Shown here in pieces: positions 52,271 to 62,576 of a stretch of DNA of 64,000 nt. This DNA comes from Candidatus Poribacteria bacterium (GTDB lineage: Bacteria > Poribacteria > WGA-4E > JAJDTR01). Within the stretch, counting starts at the first letter, position 1, and each line of letters starts with the position of its first letter. The DNA lies in contig CBDCTK010000002.1 of the NCBI GenBank assembly GCA_965222225.1, forward strand, positions 4,032,001 through 4,096,000. Reading direction: 5' to 3'. A model generated the notes under the pieces. It searched no databases. It worked only from the letters and a program-made list of their open reading frames with translations, and had not been told where the DNA came from. The position numbers and the translations under genes are program-made.

Positions 52271-52752
52271 CTATAGTCGTCTAGATTCATATTTACACAT
52301 ATTAGGATTGTATGTTACTATATGAACTATTATGAGCTATAGCGTAGATTTAAGAAAGCGAGTCGTGAGTTACGTTGAGTCGGGTGGCAGTAAGGCAGAA
52401 GCCGCTCGTCGGTTTGAAGTCAGTCGTAAGACAGTATACAACTGGTTAGCGTTAGATGACCTGTCGCCCAAACCACACCCAAAGCATACTCTCAAAGTCG
52501 ACAAACACGCATTGAAACGCCATGTGCAAGAGTATCCTGATTCGACTCTATAGTCATTGCAACTAAGAATTTTACATATAGGACCTACATTGTTCGGTTT
52601 GTAGTAGCGCAATTCATTGCGCGTCTTCTGTAGGAGCGATCTCTTGGTCGTGACCACTTATGCTGGCAGGGCAAGATGCCCGCCCAACGGTAGCGACCTC
52701 TCCCGTTGCCGCGTAAGTCTTATACGTGTAAACACGAATGTAAATGACTATA
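52271..52752 (+). mobile_element. IS630-family remnant / MITE composite; transposase HTH fragment at 52332-52553
   Basis: MSYSVDLRKRVV..GGSKAEAARRFEVS; imperfect TIRs ctatagtcgtctagattcatatttacac / reverse complement ctatagtcatttacattcgtgtttacac. Confidence 0.7.
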
Positions 52753-52800
52753 GACTATCGGTATAGAATCAATCTCTCGTAACCTTACAGGAAACGCAAA

Positions 52801-54003
52801 GTGGCTAACGTAACCATCAAAGACGTTCAAACAATCTTGACCCAACCCGAAGGCTCACGATTAATCATCGTGAAAATCATCACCTCGCAACCCGGGCTGT
52901 ACGGGCTAGGCTGCGCCACCTTCACGCAACGCTTCCACGCCGTTCACACCGCGATCGAAAAGCACCTCAAACCGTTCCTCATCGGACGAGACGTTTCCCG
53001 CATTGAGGAAATTTGGCAGATGGGGATGGTCAACGGCTATTGGCGCAATGGTCCCGTGCTAAACAACGCCATCTCCGGCGCCGACCAAGCCCTCTGGGAT
53101 ATCAAAGGCAAACAAGCCGACATGCCGCTCTATCAACTCTTGGGCGGGAAATGCCGCGAGGCGGCTGCGGTCTACGGTCACGCTGATGGCAGGGACGAAC
53201 ATGAAGTCGAGGACAGCGTCCGAAAGTACATGGCACAAGGCTACCGCTACATACGAATCCAGATGGGCGGCTACGGCGGTCAAGCCGAAAAACTCGCCAA
53301 ACCCGAAGGCGCGCCGCCGGGGGCTTACTTCGATCCCAGAGCCTACACCCGCGACATGCTGCGCATGATGGAACACGTGCGATCCAAAGTCGGCGACGAG
53401 ATTGAACTCCTGCACGACATTCACGAGCGGTTGAATCCCATTGACGCCGTCCAATTTGCCAAAGATGTCGGACGATTCAAACTGTTCTTCTTGGAAGATC
53501 CGTTAGCGCCGGAAGATTTGGAATGGTTCCGCCATATCCGTCAACAGTGCAGCACCCCAATCGCCATGGGCGAACTCTTCAATAGTCCGCGCGAGTGGCA
53601 GCCCTTGATTGCCGACAAGCTGATTGACTTTCTCCGCATGCACGTCAGCCAGATGGGAGGGATAACCCCCGCCCGCAACGTCGCCGCATTTGCCAATATG
53701 TACGGCATCCGAACCGCGTGGCACGGTCCCGGCGACACCTCGCCCGTGGGACACGCCGCCAACCTGCACCTCGATCTGTGGGCGCCGAATTTCGGCATCC
53801 AAGAGTGGTGCCGTTTCTCCGAGGCTGTATATGAGATTTTCCCCGGCACCCCCGAAGTTCGCGGCGGGTACATGTATCCCAACGACAAACCCGGCTTGGG
53901 GATTGATGTCAACGAGGAATTAGCCGCGAAATATCCCTGTACCGACGAAGTGATAGGCTGGACACAAACCCGACTGCCCGACGGCAGCCCAACAAGACCA
54001 TGA
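52801..54003 (+). CDS. RspA/ManD-like enolase-superfamily dehydratase
   Basis: GLYGLGCATF, YWRNGPV, ALWDIKGK, LLHDIHE, FLEDP, TAWHGP. Confidence 0.88.
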   Translation: MANVTIKDVQTILTQPEGSRLIIVKIITSQPGLYGLGCATFTQRFHAVHTAIEKHLKPFLIGRDVSRIEEIWQMGMVNGYWRNGPVLNNAISGADQALWDIKGKQADMPLYQLLGGKCREAAAVYGHADGRDEHEVEDSVRKYMAQGYRYIRIQMGGYGGQAEKLAKPEGAPPGAYFDPRAYTRDMLRMMEHVRSKVGDEIELLHDIHERLNPIDAVQFAKDVGRFKLFFLEDPLAPEDLEWFRHIRQQCSTPIAMGELFNSPREWQPLIADKLIDFLRMHVSQMGGITPARNVAAFANMYGIRTAWHGPGDTSPVGHAANLHLDLWAPNFGIQEWCRFSEAVYEIFPGTPEVRGGYMYPNDKPGLGIDVNEELAAKYPCTDEVIGWTQTRLPDGSPTRP

Positions 54004-54130
54004 CACATTCCCATCTTTTCTACTCGGGCGTATTTCCTAACTGCTCGGTCTGGATTGCCAAATCCAGACCGCACACTGCGATTTGCTAAAACATGTAGGT
54101 TGGGTTGAGCCCCTGTAGGGTGCGCAATGC

Positions 54131-54183
54131 GATCAACCGACCGAATACGGAGTGCGATAGGAAATCCCGCGCGATAGCCATCC
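54131..54183 (-). mobile_element. VB unit plus a head, in a GTAGGGTGCGCA REP
   Basis: gatcaa-cc-ga-cc-gaata-cg-ga-gt-gcgatag-gaaatccc-gc-gcgatag. Confidence 0.8.
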
Positions 54184-54495
54184 TGTTGCCCCAACTCACG
54201 TCCATTGCCCGTAGGGGCGAGGTTCCCTCGCCCGATAATGGTAGGCGGAGCATCTTGCTCGGCCTACTGCTATCCCCGTAGGTTGGGTTGAGCACAGCGA
54301 AACCCAACAATTCAGCTCTCATTCTTGATAATTGCTTACCACTATTGTAACCGTTTAGTCCATTTATTCCTAGGGCGAATGCAGAGCCATCACCTTCGAT
54401 TCTATGGAGGCTGAGAACAGCATGCATTCGCCTTATCATTATACGCGTACCCCAAGTGGCATTGGTCACTGATTTCAGGTTCGTCGTAGCGCAAT

Positions 54496-56210
54496 TCATT
54501 GCACGTCCTGTACTGATGCACAAAACCACAACCCTCCTCAGAACGACGGCTCTTAATCTTCTCTGCCTCTCCACGGCAATCCACGTTGCAATAGGAAATC
54601 CTCAACCCACGACCACCGATGCGATCAAACCGCTCTTCACCGAAATCACTTCAGAGTTGCTCTTGAACGACGCGCCCAATCTGCTGCCCGACGGGACGTA
54701 TTCCCTGCCGGAGATTATGGGCGGTGGCGTTTCCCTGTTCGATTACGACGGCGACAGCGATCTCGACCTCCTCCAGATACGCTTCCCTCCGCCCGGTCAG
54801 CCTCACCTACCGGCGCCCAATCGGCTTTTCCAACAGCAGCCTGACGGGACGTTTCTGGATGTGACATCCACTGCTGGCTTGGACGACACGGGTTATGGAC
54901 AGGGCGCCGCGGTTGGAGACACTGACAACGATGGCGACTTGGATATCTACGTGACCAACTTCGGACGTGACGCTTTCTACCTGAACAACGGAGATGGCAC
55001 CTTCGTCGACGCCACGGTGTCCGCCGGATTTTCCGGCGAGCATTGGAGTTCGTCGGGTGCATTCCTCGACTACGATCGCGACGGAGATCTTGACCTCTAC
55101 ATCGTACACTATCTTCTATTCGACTCCGGCATCGTATGTCGTAGCAGAACTGACAGACCGGTTTATTGCGGCCCCCAAAGCTTCGACGGGGTGCTTGACG
55201 CGCTCTATCGTAATAACGGGGACGGTAGCTTTTCCGACGTAACTGCAGAGGCTGGCATCACCTTACCGGGCAAGGGTTTGGGTGTAGTCTGCGCGGATCT
55301 GACAGGCGACGGTTGGGCCGACATCTATGTCGCCAACGATCAGGAGGCAAACCTCCTTTGGGTCAACGGAGGGGATGGTGCTTTTACTGACGAAGCCGTT
55401 ATACGCGGCGTTGCATTCAACGCCTACGGAGAGGCGGAAGCTAGCATGGGTGTGACCACCGGTGATGTAAACGGCGACGGGCGCTTCGACCTGTTCATGA
55501 CACACCTGAGGGATGAAACCAACACGCTCTATATTGCCACAGAGTATGGGATTTTCATTGACGCATCGGAAACTTCGGGCTTAGCGGCAATCGATCGAGG
55601 TTACACCGGTTTCGGCTGCGGATTCTTCGACTATGATAACGACGGAGACCTTGACCTCGCTCTCGTCAATGGCAGCGTCAGGCGCGGATCAAAGTTTCCG
55701 GGCGGGAATCTCGGCGAATTCTGGAACTTGTACGCGGAACCCAACCTGCTGTTCCAAAACGATGGCAGCGGCAATTTCACCGATATCAGTTCGCTCGCGG
55801 GCGCTTTCGCCGACCAAGTTGAAGTCAGTCGCGGACTTGCCTTCGGTGACACCGATCTGGATGGCGACATCGATTTGGTCGTTGGAAACCTCGGTGGGAT
55901 GCGGGTGTTCCGCAATGATGCCCCTGCACCGAGCAATCGCTGGCTGCGCGTGCGAGCAATAGATGGAAACCGAGATGCAATCGGCGCCGAAGTGATGGTC
56001 GTCACGGCGGAGGCTAACTATGTCAGACTTATACTCCCCGGCTACAGCTATCTCAGTAGCAGCGAATTACGCGCTCATTTTGGACTCGGGACAACGGAGC
56101 TAATTGAGTCGATTGAGGTAAAGTGGCAAGATGGCAACCGGGAACGTTTCACGGTACCCGGAGTTGACCGAGAACTGACTGTCCGTAAAGGAAGCGGGGA
56201 CGCATTATGA
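54496..56210 (+). CDS. CRTAC1-like FG-GAP repeat protein with ASPIC/UnbV domain
   Basis: Repeated DYDxDGDLD motifs; C-terminal AIGAEV...SYLSSS..HFGLG. Confidence 0.85.
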
Positions 56211-57643
56211 AGGAGCTCTTCTTCGTGATACTCGCCGTTTGTGTTGGTGTTACCGGCATTGAAGCGGCAATCCCCCAGCCGAACACACCGGACGGGATAC
56301 CTCAGCCTCAAGATCTCGCACAAGTCTCCAATGACCGGCTCCTGCAGGCAGTGGAATCCGCCCAAAACGCTCTCGCTAAAAATCCCGGATCCACCGCCGC
56401 TTGGGGACGGCTGGGCCATGTCTATCTGGCTCACGAGTGGCGCGCCGATGCCGCCCGCTGTTACCGAAACGCGGCAAAGATTGACCCCGATGCGTTTCGC
56501 TGGCTGTACTACCTCGGTAGAGCCATACAAAATGCCCCTGTCGAGGCGGCTGATGTGCTGGCGCGAGCAATCGATTTAGACTCGAAATACGCACCCGCTC
56601 ATATTCACTACGCCAATGCCCTCAGAAATATAGGCAAGTTCGAGATTGCACAACGGCATTTCGAGCGCGCCTTGGAACTGGCGCCGCAAAACCCGTATGC
56701 CGAATTGAGATTGGGCCAACTTGCGCTCTCTGCCAAGCAGTTCGAGACGGCGCGTGACCACCTGCAACGTGCCTTGACGCTGAATCCAAAACAGAGTGAG
56801 GTGCACACCGCACTTGCGCAAATCTACTTGGCGCTAGGCGACAAGAATGCCGCCAATCGGCACGCTCAAGCGGCGCACATGCCCACAAAATACAATGAGA
56901 TGCCCGATCCGCTATATCGGGAGGTCGAAAAAGCCGGTGTTAGCAAGTACTGGTTTACGCGGCGTGGACGGCAATACTTCATGGCAAAGGATTTTGAGCG
57001 TGCGGTCGAAGAATTGGCTGAGGTCGTCTCGGAGGAGGAGAAAAACCCGTTAATCTGGTATCTCTACGGCGTCTCTTTGCTTGGAACCGAACGTTACAAG
57101 GAGGCAGCCGCAACCTTGGAGCGTGCACTGTCCGCTAGCCGCGACAACGACCATCAGAACGAAAAAGACCTGCTGAAGATTTATAACAGTTTGGCAATCG
57201 CTCATGGGCGAGCAGGTAATCCGGAGTTGGTTGAACTGTCTCTGCAAAAGGCTTTGGCGCTCAATCCAACGTCGATTAGAGCAATGAACAACTTGGCATT
57301 TTACTATGCCGAAAACGACAGGAATTTGGACGAAGCGCTGAACCTTGCCCGAAAAGCTGCGGAAGTTGGACCCGAGGATGGGGGACATCCCATGTCTCTC
57401 GATACGCTGGGCTGGGTTTATTTTAAGCGAGGCAATTACACTGCCGCGTTGAAAACTCTCACGCTCGCCCTCCAATTTATCCCCGATTCACCGACGGTTT
57501 ACTACCATCTCGGGATGGCATATTTTGGAAATCGGGACACTCGGAATGCGCTGAAGGCGTTCAAGATAGCTTTGGAGCTTTCGCCGAACTTCCCGGAAGC
57601 CGATAAGACAAAAGCCATGATCCGTCAAATCGAAGTACGGTAA
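56207..57643 (+). CDS. Secreted tetratricopeptide repeat protein
   Basis: Multiple TPR helices; NNLAFYY, DTLGWVY; coupled to the upstream gene (ATGA). Confidence 0.85.
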   Translation: MKELFFVILAVCVGVTGIEAAIPQPNTPDGIPQPQDLAQVSNDRLLQAVESAQNALAKNPGSTAAWGRLGHVYLAHEWRADAARCYRNAAKIDPDAFRWLYYLGRAIQNAPVEAADVLARAIDLDSKYAPAHIHYANALRNIGKFEIAQRHFERALELAPQNPYAELRLGQLALSAKQFETARDHLQRALTLNPKQSEVHTALAQIYLALGDKNAANRHAQAAHMPTKYNEMPDPLYREVEKAGVSKYWFTRRGRQYFMAKDFERAVEELAEVVSEEEKNPLIWYLYGVSLLGTERYKEAAATLERALSASRDNDHQNEKDLLKIYNSLAIAHGRAGNPELVELSLQKALALNPTSIRAMNNLAFYYAENDRNLDEALNLARKAAEVGPEDGGHPMSLDTLGWVYFKRGNYTAALKTLTLALQFIPDSPTVYYHLGMAYFGNRDTRNALKAFKIALELSPNFPEADKTKAMIRQIEVR

Positions 57644-57780
57644 CGTGATGTTGAAGCTACCATCGAACGCCATGCTAAGCTCGACTTTGTACAGCCCGTA
57701 GGTTGGGTTGAGCGCAGCGAAACCCAACACGTCATCTGTAGGAGCGATCTCCGAATCGCGACCTCTCCCGCTCCAGCGGA

Positions 57781-57878
57781 GATCAAACGACTGGACAGAA
57801 TCAAGTAACCGAATAGGGAACGCGATAGAAAATCCTGTGCGATAGAGATCCCCGCGTTAGAAATCTCATAGAGTTCCC
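57781..57878 (-). mobile_element. Nested VB-unit cluster
   Basis: gatcaa-ac-ga-ct-ggaca gaatcaa-gt-aa-cc-gaata-gg-ga-ac-gcgatag-aaaatcc...gcgatagagatccc. Confidence 0.8.
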
Positions 57879-58061
57879 CTTGCCTCGCCGTGAAACACCA
57901 AAATTCAAGCGAAACCCAACACGCCATCTGCATGTTATCAGAAACCGCTGACGACGTTTTCAATGGTCAACCAAGAAGCTAGACGACCAAAATATCTGGC
58001 GTTTTTCTCCAACACTTGATTGGCACCATCCACTAGTCAAACAGAACCTTAATGTTTTTGC

Positions 58062-58090
58062 TTGACTTCGTAAACATCAACCCCTATAAT
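58062..58090 (+). promoter_or_regulatory. sigma70-like promoter upstream of the LamG gene
   Basis: TTGACT-17 bp-TATAAT. Confidence 0.65.
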
Positions 58091-58274
58091 GCCTGATATC
58101 CATTCGTTCGCATAAGCTACTTTAGATAATGTGGACGGTAAGCCATGTGTGTCAGAATGTCAGGAACTGAGGGAAGAATCGCTCTACCCCTCGAATCGTC
58201 TGAGTTTGAAGTACCCCAAATAGCTGGTAAATTAAGTAACTTAACATTGTAGCTTTTGACAGGAGGAAACTAAA

Positions 58275-59096
58275 ATGCTGAGATTGAAACACCTCGCAAT
58301 CCGCTTTTTTGTCGTCGCATTTGTCTGCGTATTGCCTGTCGTGGGAGATAGCGCCGAAGTCCCCGAAGTAGCATTCCACTTCACCATGGATGAAATAAGT
58401 GGTGACGAAACCATGGATGTCAATGGCATGGTGGGAATTCTTGAAAATGGTCCCGTCGTGGTTGCCGGTAGACATGGAAACGCGATTCAGTTTACACGTT
58501 CTGATGAACAAGCCATTGAAATTTTCCCGGATCCCGCCACAAACTTTGGCACTGGCGATCTTAGCTTGGAAGCCTGGGTTAAGACTCCTTTTGACCAGGA
58601 ACAGTCCTACATCTTTAATAAGTGGGGCCCCTGGGAGGCGCCGGAGACTCCGTGCTGTAGGGGATACCGGCTTACTATTGAGCCGGGCGGCCAGCTTGAT
58701 ACCATATTTAATGATGGGGTCCCGGACGATGAACGCCTCGCCAACGAAGGCTTCGTTAGGGGTAGTGACACCTCGGTTGCCGATGGCGAATGGCATCATG
58801 TGGTCGTGACTCGGAAGGATACATCAATCATCCAGTTCTGGATAGATGGTGTACTCGACCACGAGATTGAAGAAGCCGCAGCTGCTGGTTCGATTGATAA
58901 CACCACCAATCTGTATCTTGGCAGAAGCCACAAGAATAGGGGCTGGTTTGACGGTCTGATCGACGAGGTTCGCGCGTGGAGGGGAGCTCTGAACGAAACA
59001 CAAATTGCTCAAGCAATGAGCGGAGCCGCCGTCACTGCCGTTGAACCCGTGGGGAAACTTCCGCTAATCTGGGGTCAGATAAAAGCTGACCATTAG
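58275..59096 (+). CDS. Secreted LamG-like jellyroll protein
   Basis: Signal peptide, SLEAWVK, DGEWHHVVV, FDGLIDEVR; C-terminal AVEPVGKLPLIWGQIK. Confidence 0.88.
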   Translation: MLRLKHLAIRFFVVAFVCVLPVVGDSAEVPEVAFHFTMDEISGDETMDVNGMVGILENGPVVVAGRHGNAIQFTRSDEQAIEIFPDPATNFGTGDLSLEAWVKTPFDQEQSYIFNKWGPWEAPETPCCRGYRLTIEPGGQLDTIFNDGVPDDERLANEGFVRGSDTSVADGEWHHVVVTRKDTSIIQFWIDGVLDHEIEEAAAAGSIDNTTNLYLGRSHKNRGWFDGLIDEVRAWRGALNETQIAQAMSGAAVTAVEPVGKLPLIWGQIKADH

Positions 59097-59164
59097 GCCT
59101 GCTTGCAGCCCATCGGTAGTTCGGGTGCAAATGATATCGGATTTTCGTGTTGATTCAAACATCG

Positions 59165-59224
59165 ACGGTGGGGTGCGCACGTCAACCCAACACCCAATTG
59201 GTTTGTCGTGTGCACCCCACCGTT
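59165..59224. repeat. Long hairpin downstream of the LamG gene (possible terminator or RNA stabiliser)
   Basis: gacggtggggtgcgcacg...cgtgtgcaccccaccgtt. Confidence 0.55.
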
Positions 59225-59448
59225 GTCACTCCGATAAATGTTAATAATCCCGTTTCACGGGATTTTACACAACCTGCGTGCCTCAATCCCTTCTAGCCGT
59301 CCCTTCTCAAGAAGCGGATAATTCTCCCACTTCTATTGCCGAATGAACCGTACTGTATTCAGCAAACAGAAGTTTTGAGCAACCACCATCCGCTCGCTTG
59401 ATTGGTTTCTTTCTTTCAAAATTCTGTAGCGTTCCCCGCTCCAGAGGA

Positions 59449-59521
59449 GATCGAACGAGTGAATGACGATCAACCGAGTGGACAGCGAGGGCGATAGCAA
59501 ATCCCGTGCGATAGAGATCCC
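59449..59521 (-). mobile_element. Two-level nested VB insertion
   Basis: gatcgaacgagtgaatgac [gatcaa-cc-ga-gt-ggaca-gc-ga-gg-gcgatag-caaatccc] gtgcgatagagatccc. Confidence 0.85.
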
Positions 59522-59781
59522 TTTCCAACCGCACCCAGCCCCGCCCCTACGGATATCGAGCGCCATGAAATCATCTTCTGTGGCGGCCCCATCAATGAAT
59601 GGGTTGGTATTCCCTCGCCCAAGTCTACGTGGAGATTAACAGTTTGAGACATTGAATCCGCATGACTTACACCCTAAAACGCTTAACTTGATCCCTATGG
59701 GGAGTGCGATAGAGTTCCCATAGCATTCCCCATGTTGATAGCACGCTATCGGCGTTGAATCCCTGCGATTTTGAGTTCACC

Positions 59782-60873
59782 ATGAAAAACAAAGTTCGTT
59801 GCGCAGTCATTGGTGCCGGTTGGTGGGGCACCGCCGCTCATATACCCGCGTTACTACGGCACCCCAAAGCAGAACTGTTGTGCGTACATCATCGCGACCA
59901 AGACATTGGCCGAAGAATTGCCCGCGATTTTGGAATTCCTCTCGGTGTGTCCTGCGTGGACGAAGTGCTTGCGATTGAAGTCCTTGACGCGGTGGTTATC
60001 AGTTCCACGGTAAATATGCACTATCCGCAAGCCAAAGCGGCGTTGGAACACGGGCTTCACGTGCTAATCGAAAAGCCGATGACACTCACCGCAACCCAAG
60101 CCAAGACGCTGGTCGATCTCGCGGATGAGCAGGGAGTGCAGTTTCTAATCAGCGGCCCCTGGCATTACACCGAGCATGCTGTTGAGGCGCGCCGTTTGAT
60201 CCAATCAGGTGCGATTGGCGACATCAAGATGATTAGTGTGCTGATGACGAATTTCTGTTTGGGGGTTTTTCGCGGGCTGCCCTGGGAGGAGATTTTCGCG
60301 GATACCGACACCTTTGAGACCGCGCAACCACCGTACCTGAAACCGGAACCGGCGGCGAGCAGCGACCCGGCCGTGTGCGGTGGCGGTCAGATTTACAACC
60401 AAGTCTCACACGTCGGCGGACACTTGGCATTTCTCACCGGTCAAGAACCCATTGAGGTGTTCGCACGGTTTGACAATCATGGTACACGTGTTGATGTGTA
60501 TAACACACTGAACGTCAAACTGAATAGTGGAACGCTTGTGTCGATTGCCAGCACCGGAGCCACTATGCCAACCGATCGGAACTATGAATTGCGCGTTTTC
60601 GGGAGCGAAGGCATGATATTCATGGAACTATGGAAGGGAGTAATGCAGTACCACTCTCGCACGGGCTGTGTGCACGACTATCCGAATCTTCCCGACGATG
60701 CCGTTTACCCAATATATGCGCCAACGAATAATTTGGTAGATGTCGCGCTAGGCGCTGCGCCCAACCAGTCGCCTGCCAAGCTGGGATTCAGTGCCATGAA
60801 ATTGATTGAAGCGGCGTGCGAGTCGGCGCGTACCGGTGGCAACGTGATCATAGAGGAGAGTTCGGCGCCATGA
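59782..60873 (+). CDS. Gfo/Idh/MocA oxidoreductase
   Basis: IGAGWWG, HVLIEKPM. Confidence 0.88.
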   Translation: MKNKVRCAVIGAGWWGTAAHIPALLRHPKAELLCVHHRDQDIGRRIARDFGIPLGVSCVDEVLAIEVLDAVVISSTVNMHYPQAKAALEHGLHVLIEKPMTLTATQAKTLVDLADEQGVQFLISGPWHYTEHAVEARRLIQSGAIGDIKMISVLMTNFCLGVFRGLPWEEIFADTDTFETAQPPYLKPEPAASSDPAVCGGGQIYNQVSHVGGHLAFLTGQEPIEVFARFDNHGTRVDVYNTLNVKLNSGTLVSIASTGATMPTDRNYELRVFGSEGMIFMELWKGVMQYHSRTGCVHDYPNLPDDAVYPIYAPTNNLVDVALGAAPNQSPAKLGFSAMKLIEAACESARTGGNVIIEESSAP

Positions 60874-61724
60874 AACTTAAATTCGCCTGCGCTGACTATA
60901 CATTTCCATTATTACCGCACGATGACGTTCTGACACTGATTGCTATGCTTGGCATTCGCGACGTGGATATCGGCTTGTTCGAGCATCGGTCGCATCTGCA
61001 GCCGTCCGACCAATTCGAGAACGTCACCCGTTCGGCAAAAGCCTTGAAAAAGACATTGAATTCCAAGGGCTTGAATCTCGCGGATGTGTTCCTTCAAGTT
61101 GACGACGATGGCATGTCTTACGCCATCAATCACCCGGATGCCTCGCGCCGTCGCAAGGCTCGCGACTGGTTTGAGCGCACACTGGATTACGCGGCTGCAT
61201 GCGGCGCTAAGCATGTGACGATTAGTCCCGGCGTCTTTTTCAGCGATCAAACCCGAGCAGATTCGCGGGCGCGTGGTTGTGACGAACTTTCGTGGCGGAT
61301 AGAACGTGCCGGCGCCTACCACATTATCATGGGCGTAGAGCCGCACATCCGCTCGATTGCCTCCCGTCCCAAATCGGCGCTGCGGCTGATATCCAAAGTG
61401 CCGGGGTTGACCTTCTCTCTTGACTACGGACATTTCACCTGCGTTGGCGTTCCCGATGCCGAGGTTGAACCCCTCATTCCCCATGCGAGTCATTTTCACG
61501 TCCGCGGCGCCCGGCGAGGAAGGCTCCAAGCAACATTCCAAGACAACACAATCGATTTCGCGCGGGTCGTGAAAGTGATGAAGTCAGTCGGGTATCACGG
61601 GTACCTCGCCTTGGAGTATGTATGGGTCGACTGGGAGGGCTGCAATCGAGCAGACAATCTGAGTGAAACAATCCGCTTCCGCGATTTTCTGCGTCCGCTT
61701 CTCGACGACACGTCCTGCGGTTGA
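60870..61724 (+). CDS. Sugar phosphate isomerase/epimerase (TIM barrel)
   Basis: VEPH, LDYGHF, HFHVR, YLALEY; coupled to the upstream gene. Confidence 0.82.
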   Translation: MKLKFACADYTFPLLPHDDVLTLIAMLGIRDVDIGLFEHRSHLQPSDQFENVTRSAKALKKTLNSKGLNLADVFLQVDDDGMSYAINHPDASRRRKARDWFERTLDYAAACGAKHVTISPGVFFSDQTRADSRARGCDELSWRIERAGAYHIIMGVEPHIRSIASRPKSALRLISKVPGLTFSLDYGHFTCVGVPDAEVEPLIPHASHFHVRGARRGRLQATFQDNTIDFARVVKVMKSVGYHGYLALEYVWVDWEGCNRADNLSETIRFRDFLRPLLDDTSCG

Positions 61725-62576
61725 ATCTGAATAATTCGATACTTTAAGCCTTGAGAAGAAACGAGGTGCCAACGCGCTCAAACTGCCCCACCGAAAGGCC
61801 CGCCCTCTCTTGAAGCTCACTATATTAGCCATGCGTCCCCGTAGGCAGGCATCATCTCGGTTATGGCTAGGAGTCATCGTTAATGTCATCTAGCTTTTAT
61901 TGGCGTTCGGCTGTCTTCTGAACCGGCGGTAGCATCCGATCGCACACGCTTCCCTTCATCAAATGCCTCCTTCAACTGCTCAAACCACTTTGCTTCATCA
62001 CCGCGATTATATGGCGTCATTTTATCCTTGTTCTCGCCCGGCTATGTCCTTTCAGACATAATGGCAATCTCTAAGTTTCACTTTGTACAAGAGTGCAGTA
62101 ATGAATACAATTTGTGGCAGACCAATCGCACCTAATTCTAAATGTGTAGGAACCTGTGATTATCAAATCAAGATGGAATCCATGATCATGTTGTAGGGTG
62201 CGCACTGCGCACCAGCCTTTGAAAGCTCCAGCGGGGCGACAGGTTTCGGACATTGGGTTTCAAGCCCACATTAAATGACCAAGGACGGCTTGCCCCTATT
62301 ATTCAATCAATCACTAAGCAACTTTCAGCAACTTTCAAGAATAAACTTAAATTTCGGTCTACCTCCAAACCGCTCCTGCTGGATTAACAAATCCAGCCGC
62401 TATTTATGTATCCATTTCGCTTTGAGCCTTTCGCTCCGGAGGATTAAGGGTAGCGTGGAAGCGAACCTTCCACTCCTCCATCCTTCCAATCCCATTCTTC
62501 CTAGTCGTTTCAGAAGATAAATTTCAATACTGAAACGTGCTTGTTTGCGTCAATCGCAACAAATGGAGTTTCTGCT

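Noticed and set aside
337-59730. VB units as sequencing adapter or UMI contamination
   Set aside because: They avoid conserved genes, favour REP hairpins, include decayed copies and recur with identical codes. Judged unlikely, but only raw reads or independent libraries can exclude it.
1691-61889. Many antisense, overlapping and short intergenic ORFs in the track
   Set aside because: They are shadows of GC-rich genes or translations of REP and VB repeats (for example DLYGNSIA- or FLSHSLFA-like peptides), with no RBS or family motifs.
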